A DNA stretch of 63,689 nucleotides, filler included, from Octopus bimaculoides (Eukaryota), in NCBI RefSeq assembly GCF_001194135.2. It is 8 parts of 7 records of this genome, joined end to end, with 100 filler letters (N's around TTAATTAATTAA, not from the genome) between each part and the next. Parts side by side here need not be neighbours in the genome. Positions count along the whole stretch, not along the records: positions 12,983 to 37,570 come from NC_068990.1; positions 37,671 to 42,095 come from NC_068982.1; positions 42,196 to 46,785 come from NC_068981.1; positions 46,886 to 55,940 come from NC_068982.1; 4 more parts are not named here. One strand, given 5' to 3'. Position numbers and translations under genes: made by a program. Shown here one piece after another: positions 36,837-49,114 of this stretch. Below the pieces are notes generated by a model. That model was not told the origin of the DNA. It searched no databases and saw only the letters and a list, made by a program, of their open reading frames with translations. The stretch's first letter is position 1, and each line of letters begins with the position of its first letter.

Positions 36837-37336
36837 CTATATATATATATATACATGTATATATATATACATAAGTGCATACACAGACGCACACGCCTGT
36901 AGATGGAGAATGACGGAGACGGAGAAGGCAGACAAAGAACATTAGAAGTAGGAAGAAGGAAACGCGTGTTGGTAAATTATACGGTTTGTGCGGGGGTGTA
37001 TGAATGTGAGTGAATGTGAGTATATANNNNNNNNNNNNNNNNNNNNNNNNNNNNNNNNNNNNNNNNNNNNNNNNNNNNATATATATATATATATATATAT
37101 ATATAGGTATGTATGTATGAATCTGTGTATGTGTGCAGGGGGGTGCGTTTGTGGATGCATCTATGTAGGTGTGTGTGTATATGTGTATGAACGAGAATGC
37201 GCATATGGATATATATGTATGTGTGTGTGTGTGTGTATGTGTGTATGTGTGTATGGGTGTGTGTGTTTAGCTCTCAGTCAATTAGCCGATCGTCAATACA
37301 TACATGACCATCACAAGTGAGTCCCAACCACTCGCG

Positions 37337-37371
<35 letters not shown>

Positions 37372-37379
37372 CTATGTGG

Positions 37380-37485
37380 CTCGTGTGTTCTCGTCTACGT
37401 TTGTTTGCAATGTCCTGTACCCAGATATGCACCTATACATACAGGTGGATGTCGGTATGCACATACCTGTACGTATATATGCATA
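37380..37485 (+). repeat. Unclassified interspersed repeat, partner of 12205-12330
   Basis: See 12205-12330. Confidence 0.55.
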
Positions 37486-37570
37486 TACTCATTTACTTTT
37501 GTTTTTACATGATTGAACGCAGCGTCTCACAAAAATTGTAAGTAGTTCGTAAACTTATCCTCCGACGCTA

Positions 37571-37670
37571 NNNNNNNNNNNNNNNNNNNNNNNNNNNNNN
37601 NNNNNNNNNNNNNNTTAATTAATTAANNNNNNNNNNNNNNNNNNNNNNNNNNNNNNNNNNNNNNNNNNNN
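37571..37670. other. Artificial scaffold spacer
   Basis: 44N-TTAATTAATTAA(37615-37626)-44N. Confidence 0.9.
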
Positions 37671-37708
<38 letters not shown>

Positions 37709-37756
37709 CATATATGCATGCATACATATATACATACATACATACATATATATACA

Positions 37757-37796
<40 letters not shown>

Positions 37797-38488
37797 TATA
37801 TACATACATACATACATACATATATACCTACATATATATATATATACGTACATACATATATGTATATATATATATACATACATATATACACACACACATA
37901 CACACACACACACACATACCAGCAAGTCACAAGTCGACAAAAAAGACAGTTAGAAAGAAAATATTTATTAGAAGAAATTTATTGAATTGGTGCCATAAAA
38001 CTATTTAACGGTCCTTATATTTTGTGTTTAACCATTTACGAAGGTGTAAGAGAACTAATCAGAAAAAGAAAAAAGACAATGTCGTTAAGGTCCAGCATAT
38101 TTATGTTTTTACTTCTTGTAGGTGTCTTATACCTTTATAAAGTGGGCTTTATACTCGAAATATTGCGATCATTAAATAATTTTCAACGTAACTCTTGAAT
38201 ATTTTCGTTCCTTTTTATTGTTATACAAACTTCTATCTTACATTATTGTTGCCTTAAAACACAGTTATACATACACACACATACACATACATACGTGCAT
38301 AAATTCACTCGCACAATCCCTAGATCACACACACGCTGCTCTCTCTCTCTCTCTCTCTCTCTCTCTCNNNNNNNNNNNNNNNNNNNNNNNNNNNNNNNNN
38401 NNNNNNNNNNNNNNNNNNNNNNNNNNNNNNNNNNNNNNNNNNNNNNNNNNNNNNNNNNNNNNNNNNNNNNNNNNNNNNNNNNNNNNAT

Positions 38489-38526
<38 letters not shown>

Positions 38527-38599
38527 TACAGATGTCACCTGAATGTAAGATTATATTGCTAAACCTTTCAACTTGAATTTGGTGCGGAAGGAAATAAGT

Positions 38600-40100
38600 T
38601 CTCTTAATCTAACTCTCGATGATAAATATTTTGACTTAAATTTTATTCAGTTGTCTGGAATATTAGGCAATATCCAGTTGCCTTTCGTCGGATTTGATTG
38701 TTAGCCCATAAACCTTCAAGTCATCTACAAAGTTAGTATGAGAGATGTTTTTGGATTGAAGCTATCCTTTTCCTGTAAGTGCTGTGTTTCTGTGAGCTGG
38801 TATGATGAGATTTTTAATGAGAGAATAAAAGCAGTACCTCATACATCAATCTTCAGAGAAATGTTTTGGTAATGCATGCTGTCAGATTTGATAAGTTTGC
38901 AATAAACTTTGATAGATTAGTCTTGATTAGGTGTTGAATCGTAGCTGGCATTAACTACCTAGTTTAAGTTAATATGCTTTGATAATCCTCTCGTGGTGTA
39001 CTAACAAAGGTATTCTGGTATTCCACCTGCACTTCTGCCACCTTCTTGCAGGTCTTAATTAATTTTTGTGATATCATTTTGTCGATTAGTAGCTGCTCTA
39101 TACAGCTTTATACTCACTTCTTCTTTACAGTTTGTTCAGTTGTAATAATAATGTTGGTGGCACAACGATGCTGTGAAAATAATTTGAAATGCCTATTGTA
39201 TATCATATAAATGATGTTTTAGGAGGGATTCATTTTGGGCGTAGGTAATTTGGATAATTTTTGATATGAGAAAAAGCAATGACATTTGACATCCTTTTGG
39301 GTACTTCTACTGTATCTACAACGCTCTAGCCGAGGAATATTCTTTACTACTCTAGGCGCAAGGCCCGACATTTTTGGGAAGGGGGCCAGTCGATTAGATC
39401 GACCCCAGTACGCAACTGGTACTTAATTTATCGACCTCGAAAGGATGAAAGGCAAAGTCGACCTCGGCCGAATTTGAACTCAAGACGTAAAAACAGACGA
39501 AATACCGCTAAGCATTTCGCCTGGCATGCTAACGTCTCTTATTTCTTTACTGCCCACAAGGAGCTACACACAGATGGGATAAACAAGGACAGACAAATGG
39601 ATTAAGTCGATTATTTCGACCCCAGTGCGTAACTAGTATTTATTTAATCGACCTCAAAAGGATGAAAGGCAAAGTCGGCCTCGGCGGAATTTGAACTCAG
39701 AACGTAGCGACAGCCGAAATACCGTTAAGCATTTCGCCCAACGTGCCAGCGTTTCTGCCAGTGCAATATTATTAAACTGAGGCTGCTGCGGGCGATATTC
39801 TTGAGCCAGCCATCTGGAGATCTTCAATTTTCCATTTTTATTAAGACTTTCCTTAAGTATTGTGCCACATATTTCATACTGTTTCTGTTCAACATGATTA
39901 CAGCCAGCCTGTTCTAATTTTTCTCGCCATAAAGTTCACGTGTTAAGGTTATCAATTATTTCCCCCCACATAAACTTACAATAGTTTTCAAGTTGTTCGT
40001 CTGATAGGATATCTTTTAAAGAGATTGTTTCCGTTGAAGCTATGATACACTGATTTAGGATCTCTCACAAACAATTTATTCAAAACCTGGAGTACAAAAT
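38600..40100 (-). pseudogene. Decayed R4/Dong-type reverse transcriptase fragment interrupted by a dimeric SINE
   Basis: KNISHTNFVDDLKVYG (compare ISHLLYMDDLKLY), EQLLIDKMI, SPDGWLK; many stops. Confidence 0.6.
39338..39761 (-). mobile_element. Dimeric SINE family A
   Basis: Long-tail monomer fused via agtaaagaaataag|agacgttagcatgcc to a short-tail monomer. Confidence 0.88.
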
Positions 40101-40234
40101 AGGTAGATTAATTATTTTTATCAGTGATGGCTGTAAATACATTCAACAGCTAATGTGTTTATAGATTAGGGTTTACACTTTGAGTATCCAAATTGCTTTC
40201 CTAATTTTTGTTTGGTATATAACTGCTTAATGAA

Positions 40235-40530
40235 TAAGTGGTCTGATCAGTAAGTATCCGGACTATTGTCATAGTAACGAAGCAAAACCACGCAGAGCAA
40301 AGCCGCTTAGCACAAATTGACCTTGAACTCCATTGAGCATGCGCACTGAGTTTTAACGTTCTAGATCACTTCCGCTGTTTACAGCAGTGCTTGGAAAGAA
40401 CGTCTGTAGCGTGTGATCGTCGCATTGACCATGACAAAGAAAGTTGAGCAGAGAATCTGCATCAAATTTTGCCAAAAGCTTGGCGATACCTGCTCAGAGG
40501 CTAACACAAAGTTTTCAAAAGGTTTTCTAT
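40235..40530 (+). mobile_element. Mariner 5' end, left arm of an inverted pair
   Basis: TIR ta..ggtctgatcagtaagtatccggac, 5' UTR, start MTKKVEQRICIKFCQKLGDTCSEA. Confidence 0.85.
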
Positions 40531-40546
40531 TTTCTCGACACTCACA

Positions 40547-41000
40547 AGAGTCGCTGTGTGGTAAGTAGCTTGCTTACCCACCACATGGTTCTGGGTTCAG
40601 TCCCACTACGTTTGTACCTTGGGGAAGTGTCTTATACTAGAGCCTCGGGCTGACCAAAGTCTTGTGACTGGATCTGGTAGTCGGAAACTGAAAGAAACAC
40701 GTCGTATATATATATGTATGTGTGTGTGTGTGTGTGTTTGTGCGTGTGTGTGTGTGTATATGTGTGTGTGCGTGTGTGTGTGTTTATGTGTGTGTGTTTG
40801 TGCTCTCAACATCGCTTCACAACCGATGCTGGTGAGTTTACGTCCCCGTAACTTAGCAGTTCGGCAAAAGAGACCAGGTTTACAAAGTACTAGGCTTATA
40901 AAGAATAAGTCTTGGAGTCGATTTGCTCGACTAAAGGTGGTGCCCCAGCATGGCTGCAGTCAAATGGCAAACAAATAGGAAAAAAAAAAGAATAAAAGAA
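40547..41000 (+). mobile_element. Full-length CORE-like SINE (family B) with internal (GT)n
   Basis: Head ctgtgtggtaagtagcttgc..gggttcagtccc, CORE-like accttggggaagtgtctt, tail aaggtggtgccccagcatggc..aataaaagaat. Confidence 0.88.
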
Positions 41001-41576
41001 TGGAGATCTTGTACAACTGAAATCCGAGCGTCTTTTTGGTCAGCTTTGGCACAAACTAGGTAGATAAGCATCTCATAGCCAAATCTTCAGTGATAATGGA
41101 CTGAATTGAATCGCAAATAATCTGCATATCCTCTGATAACTCAGGGATGGTGATTCGATGATTTGCACTCACAGTTGCAAGCACATATGCGATGTTTTTC
41201 TCACTTCTGCTGGTTGCGGGTCTTCCAGAACGTTCGTCAATATCGACATTTTTTCGGCCATCTTGGAAACGTCTGAACCACTCGTACACTTGTGTGCGGT
41301 TCATACACTCCTCTCCATATACTTTCTGAAACTCTGCGTAGGCTCTGAGCAGGTATCCCCATGACAACTTTCTCTGTCATGGCCAATGCGACGATCACAC
41401 GCGATACACCTTCCTTCCAAGCACTGCTGTAAAAAGCGGAAGTTAGCTGGAGTATTAAAACTTGGTGCGCATGCACAGCAGAGCTGCAGGTCAATCTTTG
41501 CCAGGCGGCTTTACTCTACGTGCTTTCGCTTCGTTACTATGGCAACACTCCGGATACTTATTTATCAGACCTCGTA
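41001..41576 (-). mobile_element. Mariner 5' half, right arm of an inverted pair
   Basis: TIR tacgaggtctgataaataagtatccgg; FQKVYGEECMNRTQVYEWFRRFQDGRKNVDIDERSGRP..FVPKL; deletion near the start codon. Confidence 0.9.
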
Positions 41577-42048
41577 TTGTCTATGGGAATCTGTAAAATG
41601 TTTTCTACGCAGTTGTAAAATTTCATTTTTTAATTTATGTATCCATCTTGGCTGAAGATATTTGCATGTATGCTGACAGCATAATTTTAGTTTGAATGTA
41701 TATATGTATGTATGCATATTTACTTTATTTTATGCTTATTATAATTTTTAGAAAAAAACCCAACTGGTTTCTAACAAAGAAACAAACCTCCATCTCTGAA
41801 CGTTTGAAAACTCCAACGGTGTTACATGTTGATCTTTATAAAACGTCATGCGTATTTTCACTGTTCTACTTACATATTGTATCCGTAAAGTTCGTGTATG
41901 TTTGTATCCATGAATGTATGTATAGATATACGTATGGCTATGTATGTATGTATGAATGTATTTGCATGTACTTCTGTGTGTTTGTTGTGTGTGTTTGTGT
42001 ATGTGTGTGTAGTCGTGTAGTCATATGTATGTATATATGTATGCATAT

Positions 42049-42095
<47 letters not shown>

Positions 42096-42195
42096 NNNNN
42101 NNNNNNNNNNNNNNNNNNNNNNNNNNNNNNNNNNNNNNNTTAATTAATTAANNNNNNNNNNNNNNNNNNNNNNNNNNNNNNNNNNNNNNNNNNNN
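42096..42195. other. Artificial scaffold spacer
   Basis: 44N-TTAATTAATTAA(42140-42151)-44N. Confidence 0.9.
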
Positions 42196-42491
42196 TCCTG
42201 TGAAAAGGGATTACCCTGCTATATATAATCAGGGCAGCGCAAAAAGTTGTTTTGCACAAGTATTTCTATAGCCAATTACACGGATGAAATTTACGTATGC
42301 TTAATAATTTTACGCAAAACAGCCTTCAGACTTTCCCTATTAATTTCATCGTCTTTTGAATTATGAACATATTTACATCATAAGGGTTTTTTCGTTGTAA
42401 GGCTTTCTTTTCTAGTTGATTTTCAGCTAGCAAGACTTATCGTAGATGGCATAATAAGTCACACCCGGAGAAGGTCGGGTTATACTGCTAG
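42196..42491 (+). mobile_element. Non-autonomous Helitron-like 3' end, copy 2
   Basis: Near-identical to 70-364; ACCCG..CGGGT hairpin, tatactg, CTAG(42488-42491)T. Confidence 0.65.
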
Positions 42492-45400
42492 TATTCTATA
42501 AAAGAAAATGTAAAGAATTATGATTACTTTGCAGCCTCACTCGTTGCCCCTAATTGTTTCTGTTTATGATTTAAAACATTGGAGAGCTCGAGAAAGTCAT
42601 TGCTGGTATTCATTCACAGTGATTTAAAAAAAGGTATCTAAATGATAATTCATTTTAATAGCATACTTTTCTGTAAGAAAATATTTTTTGTTACACACAC
42701 ACACACGCACACACGTACACACACAGCTTCGCTTGATTGAGGTGTGGTTAAAAATTTAAATTACAATTTTTGTTGTTGCGTATATCCCACCAATGGACAA
42801 TATCTGCATTACTTCGGCAGCATCATTTCATAAAATGTGTTTAATGGGAGAAAAATATTGAAAAAAAAAAAAAAAACATCAATTCATGCGACGATGCGAG
42901 AGTGAAAACGGATGGTAGTTTGGGATGTTCTAAAAACAACAGCCAAATCTCCCTTGAATTTTTTCCTCTGAAAATATTTACATTTTTTTTTTTTTCACCG
43001 AAGAGGCTCCTCGGATCTAGTTTTTTCATTCGCAAAATATTCATTTTTAAAAAGGAAGTAAAAAATCTGAAAATCGGCTATAATAATGTAGCATTCCAGT
43101 CTCATTGCTTTGAAGGTTTGATGTTGTGGAGAAAAAAATTGGAGAAAAAAGTTACAGAGGTTTAAAAATCGAAAAAAACTGTATTTTTAGCCAATAGCGA
43201 GACAGAAATTGTCTGCGTTTAGCGGAGCAGTGTCAACTTTAAGGTTGTACCCTGTGAAATTTATAGTTTAACGTCTGACCTGTTTATTGTAGGTTTCTAG
43301 ATAAACAGAAATACCTAATAAAATCAACATGTATCATCTTACTGTTTCTTTTGTCTCTTCATTGATTGTATGATTTTATTATTTTAAAAAAAATTGTTAT
43401 ATTAATATATTTGTCTGAATGTGTTTATTTTATGCGTATTTCAGTAATATGTATACCTGCCATGTATTTATGTACATCACTAATATATAAGTGTGTGTGT
43501 GTGTGTGTGTGTGTGAAAAGGGGACGTCTGTCTCCAAAACTCCAAAGTTTTCCCAAGGAAAAGAATACCTGTATCATTTGTTTTTGCATGCAGAATTCAA
43601 ATATAATGTCAAATTATTTGTATCATCCACAGTTTCTCTGTTCCACGATATCCCTCTCAGTTCCTGTTACTTGGGTCAAATTTCAGTTTAGCTGTTGAAA
43701 TGTGAAGCAAACGGTTTCAGAAATACTCCTAATTAAAATTTTTATGAAAAGAATCAGCTTAGTGAAATCATAAATCCAGCTGAGTCAATGAGTCCCAAAG
43801 ATATATGAAATAAAAAATATGTAAAAATACTAACTCACAGAAGCACAGAAAAATATGTAATATACTAACACAGAGAAAAATTGAAACAAAACACGCGGGC
43901 GAAAAGAATCTCGTGGTGTGAAAAATCAACATAGACAACAGCGGCACGGACAACAGTGAACCACAACACAGCGTGCGGTTGTCATGGTAACAAGCTGCTA
44001 ATGCCACGCTGTCTGTTGATTGGCTAAAATTACCCACATTTCCCAACTTTAATTCCAAATAACATCAGATTCTTTTATTTACGAGATAAAGTAATTGGTT
44101 GATGCACCAAAATTGAAAGCAATCTGAGCAAAATTAAAGGGGGCTGGTTTTGCGAATGAGAAACACTAGATCCGGCTCCTCCAATGGTTTTTATTTCAGT
44201 AATTNNNNNNNNNNNNNNNNNNNNNNNNNNNNNNNNNNNNNNNNNNNNNNNNNNNNNNNNNNNNNNNNNNNNNNNNNNNNNNNNNNNNNNNNNNNNNNNN
44301 NNNNNNNNNNNNNNNNNNNNNNNNNNNNNNNNNNNNNNNNNNNNNNNNNNNNNNNNNNNNNNNNNNNNNNNNNNNNNNNNNNNNNNNNNNNNNNNNNNNN
44401 NNNNNNNNNNNNNNNNNNNNNNNNNNNNNNNNNNNNNNNNNNNNNNNNNNNNNNNNNNNNNNNNNNNNNNNNNNNNNNNNNNNNNNNNNNNNNNNNNNNN
44501 NNNNNNNNNNNNNNNNNNNNNNNNNNNNNNNNNNNNNNNNNNNNNNNNNNNNNNNNNNNNNNNNNNNNNNNNNNNNNNNNNNNNNNNNNNNNNNNNNNNN
44601 NNNNNNNNNNNNNNNNNNNNNNNNNNNNNNNNNNNNNNNNNNNNNNNNNNNNNNNNNNNNNNNNNNNNNNNNNNNNNNNNNNNNNNNNNNNNNNNNNNNN
44701 NNNNNNNNNNNNNNNNNNNNNNNNNNNNNNNNNNNNNNNNNNNNNNNNNNNNNNNNNNNNNNNNNNNNNNNNNNNNNNNNNNNNNNNNNNNNNNNNNNNN
44801 NNNNNNNNNNNNNNNNNNNNNNNNNNNNNNNNNNNNNNNNNNNNNNNNNNNNNNNNNNNNNNNNNNNNNNNNNNNNNNNNNNNNNNNNNNNNNNNNNNNN
44901 NNCTACTGATTATAATGACACATATATCTGTGATTCTGTAACCAATTGACCACTCATTGTGTTGTTTCTTTGCGTTTGTTTCAAGTCAAACCTTTGCTAG
45001 TCCGTCACACTTCACAAGATTTAATGCACTTTTTCCGGTTCAGTTCTTTGTTCACTCAATGCCTCCTTATTCGGATGACTTCCTCTTTAGATCTGCAGCA
45101 GGGTATCAAAGAATCTCCGATATGTCCATTCCTCAGAAACAAGTGGGACGTATCCTTTGTACTTTTATCTCTGACCAAAGGTTAATCAATTCTTCAGAAC
45201 CCGATCGGAAATCCAGTGACAGTTCTTAGTTTCTCTGCACTTCAAGACTTTGGAATGTTCCTCTGGTGAATGCCTGGCTTTTCAGATCAAATGATTGATT
45301 TCCAGGTCAGCCAGTCAGTCATGTTATTCTCTGGTTTGACTCGTCTCTGCCTCCAGAGACAAATCGTTCTTTCTTCATTATTGAATTCTAAATCCAGGTT

Positions 45401-45843
45401 AACTTCAAACACTCAATTCTTACTCTCCCCCTCCCCCTCTCTCTCTTTACTCCTCATCCTCTCCCTCTTCATTTGTCTCCATTCTGACTTTAAGTAACTG
45501 TTTCGTGCTTTTAATGTCGTTTGTCATTTATTATTTACTTATTTATTTATTTATTAATAACGTTATTTATTTATTTATTTATTTATTTATATCAGTTATT
45601 CATTTTATTTATATCTTGTTAAACCAGATAAAGGAGAGCATGGCGACAAGTAGGGTGAGGACACAATTCGACATTGTGTGGGTGGGTGTGTGTGTGTGCA
45701 GATCGATAATTAACAGAATCATAAATTGACCATTTTGTCTGTTAGAATGGGGAATGACGAGACTGATTGATTGGTATAAAAAGAGAGAGACTGAGAGTGA
45801 GAAAGAATGGAAAGGGAGAGAGAGAAAGAAAGAGAGAGAGAGA

Positions 45844-45919
<76 letters not shown>

Positions 45920-46020
45920 TAGAGAGATAGATAGGTAGAGAGGGAGAGAGAGGTTTCAGCTGCCACAATGAAACTAGTGCCAAATTATTGGTTTCTACAA
46001 TTATTTTAGTCTTAAAAGAT

Positions 46021-46220
<200 letters not shown>

Positions 46221-46785
46221 TGAGTGGCAGAATCGGCAGAGGGGTGGGGAACAAATGGTCTTTTGGTATGTGGTTGCATCCCTTTATGCTATGTTTTTTT
46301 CTCCCTTCAGTGTAGTATAATCGATTGTTGGTTCCTCTAAAGTCGTGCGACCTTGAATCTTATGTTTCGTCATCATTAAGAACGCAGAGAAAGATTCAAC
46401 TCGTAAAATAGACGAGATTCGTGGTCAGTCATAAAGATATCGAAAAATAAGAAACAATGACGATGACGACGACGTCGACGTCGACGACGACGATGTTTCA
46501 ACGGGAATTTCTCGGTGCTTTGCTTCTCAGAATCGTCACATGGCCAGCGTCTTTAAAGATCTGAAGAATGAGTTGGAAACAATTACTGGTGCGATAAACA
46601 ATGATAATTAACGTGATAGTTTATAGTTAATTAGCGATACTTTAAATCAATACCGGAGTATTTAATTAGCTAAGCAACCTATGTTTGTTTTTAGTAATTA
46701 TCCAATTACGGTAAAAAGTGTGGAACTAATTGGCGAAGGAAATTTTCGTAATTTTCTTGAAGAAATTGTTGCTCCTTAGGTTAGA

Positions 46786-46885
46786 NNNNNNNNNNNNNNN
46801 NNNNNNNNNNNNNNNNNNNNNNNNNNNNNTTAATTAATTAANNNNNNNNNNNNNNNNNNNNNNNNNNNNNNNNNNNNNNNNNNNN
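46786..46885. other. Artificial scaffold spacer
   Basis: 44N-TTAATTAATTAA(46830-46841)-44N. Confidence 0.9.
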
Positions 46886-46965
<80 letters not shown>

Positions 46966-46994
46966 TAATAACCAAAAAATTACCAAAAGCATAT

Positions 46995-48722
46995 AATGAA
47001 AAGAAACATAACAAGTAACTGTAGAATTGCAAGCCAGCGGGAGCCTGGTGAGAGAACCCTGGAACGAGACGAAGAAAACTCTAGAAAAACGAAAAACGAT
47101 GAAGAGGAACATTAAAGATCACTTCGAAGATTCCACGCTCTGGAAAGTGATCAGACATCTAAGAAATGACTTCAAGTATTGTAGATTGAAGAAATCAATG
47201 CAGGCTGCAGAGGAAAGGAAAATTTTTAAAAGATGCAGTAGAGGGCTAACTTCCTATAGGTCAGAGAGAAACAACAGTGCTTTAGAATAAAGATGGGTTC
47301 ACGAAAGAGAAATAGGAGATGGTGGAAGTATGCAAAACCTTCTGCACCAAACTGTTTAAGTCACCAGTGAAGCTCGATCCCACGCCGCCACAAATGCTGG
47401 AAGTGTCACCTGTTTTGATTAGTGAAATTGGAAAAGAAAATTTTTTAAACTATTGTCCATATGCCTCTTAACTCACTTCTACTGGCTGTTTACAAAAGTC
47501 ATAGTTACCTCGATGACCAACAGTCGAGAGAGCAAGCCGGTCACGGTATGAACTATGGTACGATAGATCATGTATTCCCTCCAACATAACTCATAAAACG
47601 AACGCATGAATATGTTTCCTCTGTGTATCCTTTTTGTTGATTGCGAAAAGGCCTTCAATGGCGTCGACATGAACTCAGTGTTTAAATTTCTGCAAATGCA
47701 AGGTGTGGAGGGGCATACATGAAACTACTCAGAGGTGTGAACTCTGGATGCACAACAGATATAACTGTGCTATCACCACCAGAAGGGTCCCAATTGCGAG
47801 GATGTCAAACAAGAAGACATCATCTCTCCAAAGTACTTTACTACATATCTAGAAATAGTCATCAAGAACATCGAATGGCGTGAACATAAATGGCGTGAAC
47901 ATAAATGGCGTGAACATAAATGGCGAGCAACTAACATACCTCCGATTCGCAGATGACATCGTACATGTCACTGAAACCACAGACTAGCTGCAGAACATGC
48001 TGACAGCGCTGCACACTGGGAGCTTAGCAGTAGGTTTTATTATGGAAACAAAATAAATGCGGTTGGGAAGGCGTAACACAAGGCCGAATAAAGGTGGGAA
48101 GCGATGAAGTTGGGAAGTTAAAGGTACGTCTACTTAGGATACGTAGTGAATATGCACCGAGATATAGATGCTGAATTCTCAAAGAGAATAATGTTATGAT
48201 GGAAGGTATTTAACACAATAAAGGATTTGCTCCGAACAAAGCTAGACAATGCCATACGTGCAGGACTCTTCAATGGTACCGTCCTACCTGCGCTCGTATA
48301 GGCAAGTGAGACGTAGACTAAAATGAAGAGGATAGAACATCAATTGCTGACGATGCAAAGGGCCGTGGAAAGATACATGCTAAGAATATCATTAAGAGAG
48401 CACATTCAGAATGAGATAATTCGGGAATGGAGCGAAGTGAACGATGTGAGCACAGTGAACCGGAAGTACAAGTTCCTCTGCGCCGGACATGTCGCAAGGC
48501 TCACAAACAATAGGCGGATCCACGCGGTTGCTGAGTGGTATCCAAGGGATCGGAAAAGCCACTTCGAAGGCTTCCACGACGACGCGAAGACGATTTAGTC
48601 AAGTAATTTGGATCAAGATGGAAAAGAATGGTGCATTCAAAATAAACTTGGAGGCACATTGTGACCAGCGGTATATAACAACATCTAATGGTCTGGTTGA
48701 TGCTGTGATACTGGACAAAGCG
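46995..48722 (+). mobile_element. Decayed RTE-clade LINE (reverse transcriptase and C-terminus)
   Basis: REQAG, IDHVF, PLCILFVDCEKAF, VKQEDIISPK, NGEQLTYLRFADDIV, TVLPALVYASET, QRAVERYMLRIS, AGHVARL. Confidence 0.88.
47875..47925 (+). repeat. 15-bp tandem repeat (ATGGCGTGAACATAA) x3.4 inside the RTE RT
   Basis: Direct sequence; frame-preserving (GVNIN x3). Confidence 0.92.
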
Positions 48723-48729
48723 AGAAAGG

Positions 48730-49114
48730 TCATTATTTTATCATGCAATTTATCGAAGACTGGTGAATTGATGTTCCCCGAAAAGAACATCTCGGAGAGG
48801 CTCACGAGAGGAACCTTGCCAAATTCCAGGAGCTGTAAAAGTAATGTAGAAACCAGGATTGGCAGGTATGTTGCGAGGTATCTGAAGTAGATTGTCGGGT
48901 TTTTGTGAAGCGTTCATTTTACAAAACATTTACTGGGCTCTGATTGATGCAGCAAAGAGGAGGGCTATAAATCCATAATTGAAGCTGCAGTGAAGGCCAC
49001 TGGGTGGCTTTGGAGGAAAAGGAGAGACAAGTGATTTGTTGCTATTGGGATGCAAGCTGGGACTTGATCAATCCCAGCTGGGCCAACTGGGTGAGGGGTC
49101 TGATGTTTAAAGAC
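48730..49114 (+). mobile_element. HERO/NeSL-like (R2 group) LINE 3' end, restriction-like endonuclease C-terminus
   Basis: Broken frame EAHERNLAKFQEL..CRNQDWQVCCEVSEVDCR, IEAAVKATGWLWRKRRDK* (compare ELTVPWEE..EAHERK..KY..EVGCRGF). Confidence 0.6.

Noticed and set aside
36221-36902. 175-aa and 144-aa overlapping ORFs
   Set aside because: GT-rich low complexity plus microsatellites.
45000-45420. Non-repetitive, coding-like composition
   Set aside because: The frames I translated carry frequent stops and no recognisable motif.
46470-46483. 14-bp perfect palindrome CGACGTCGACGTCG
   Set aside because: Arises inside a (GAC)n tract by local inversion or slippage.
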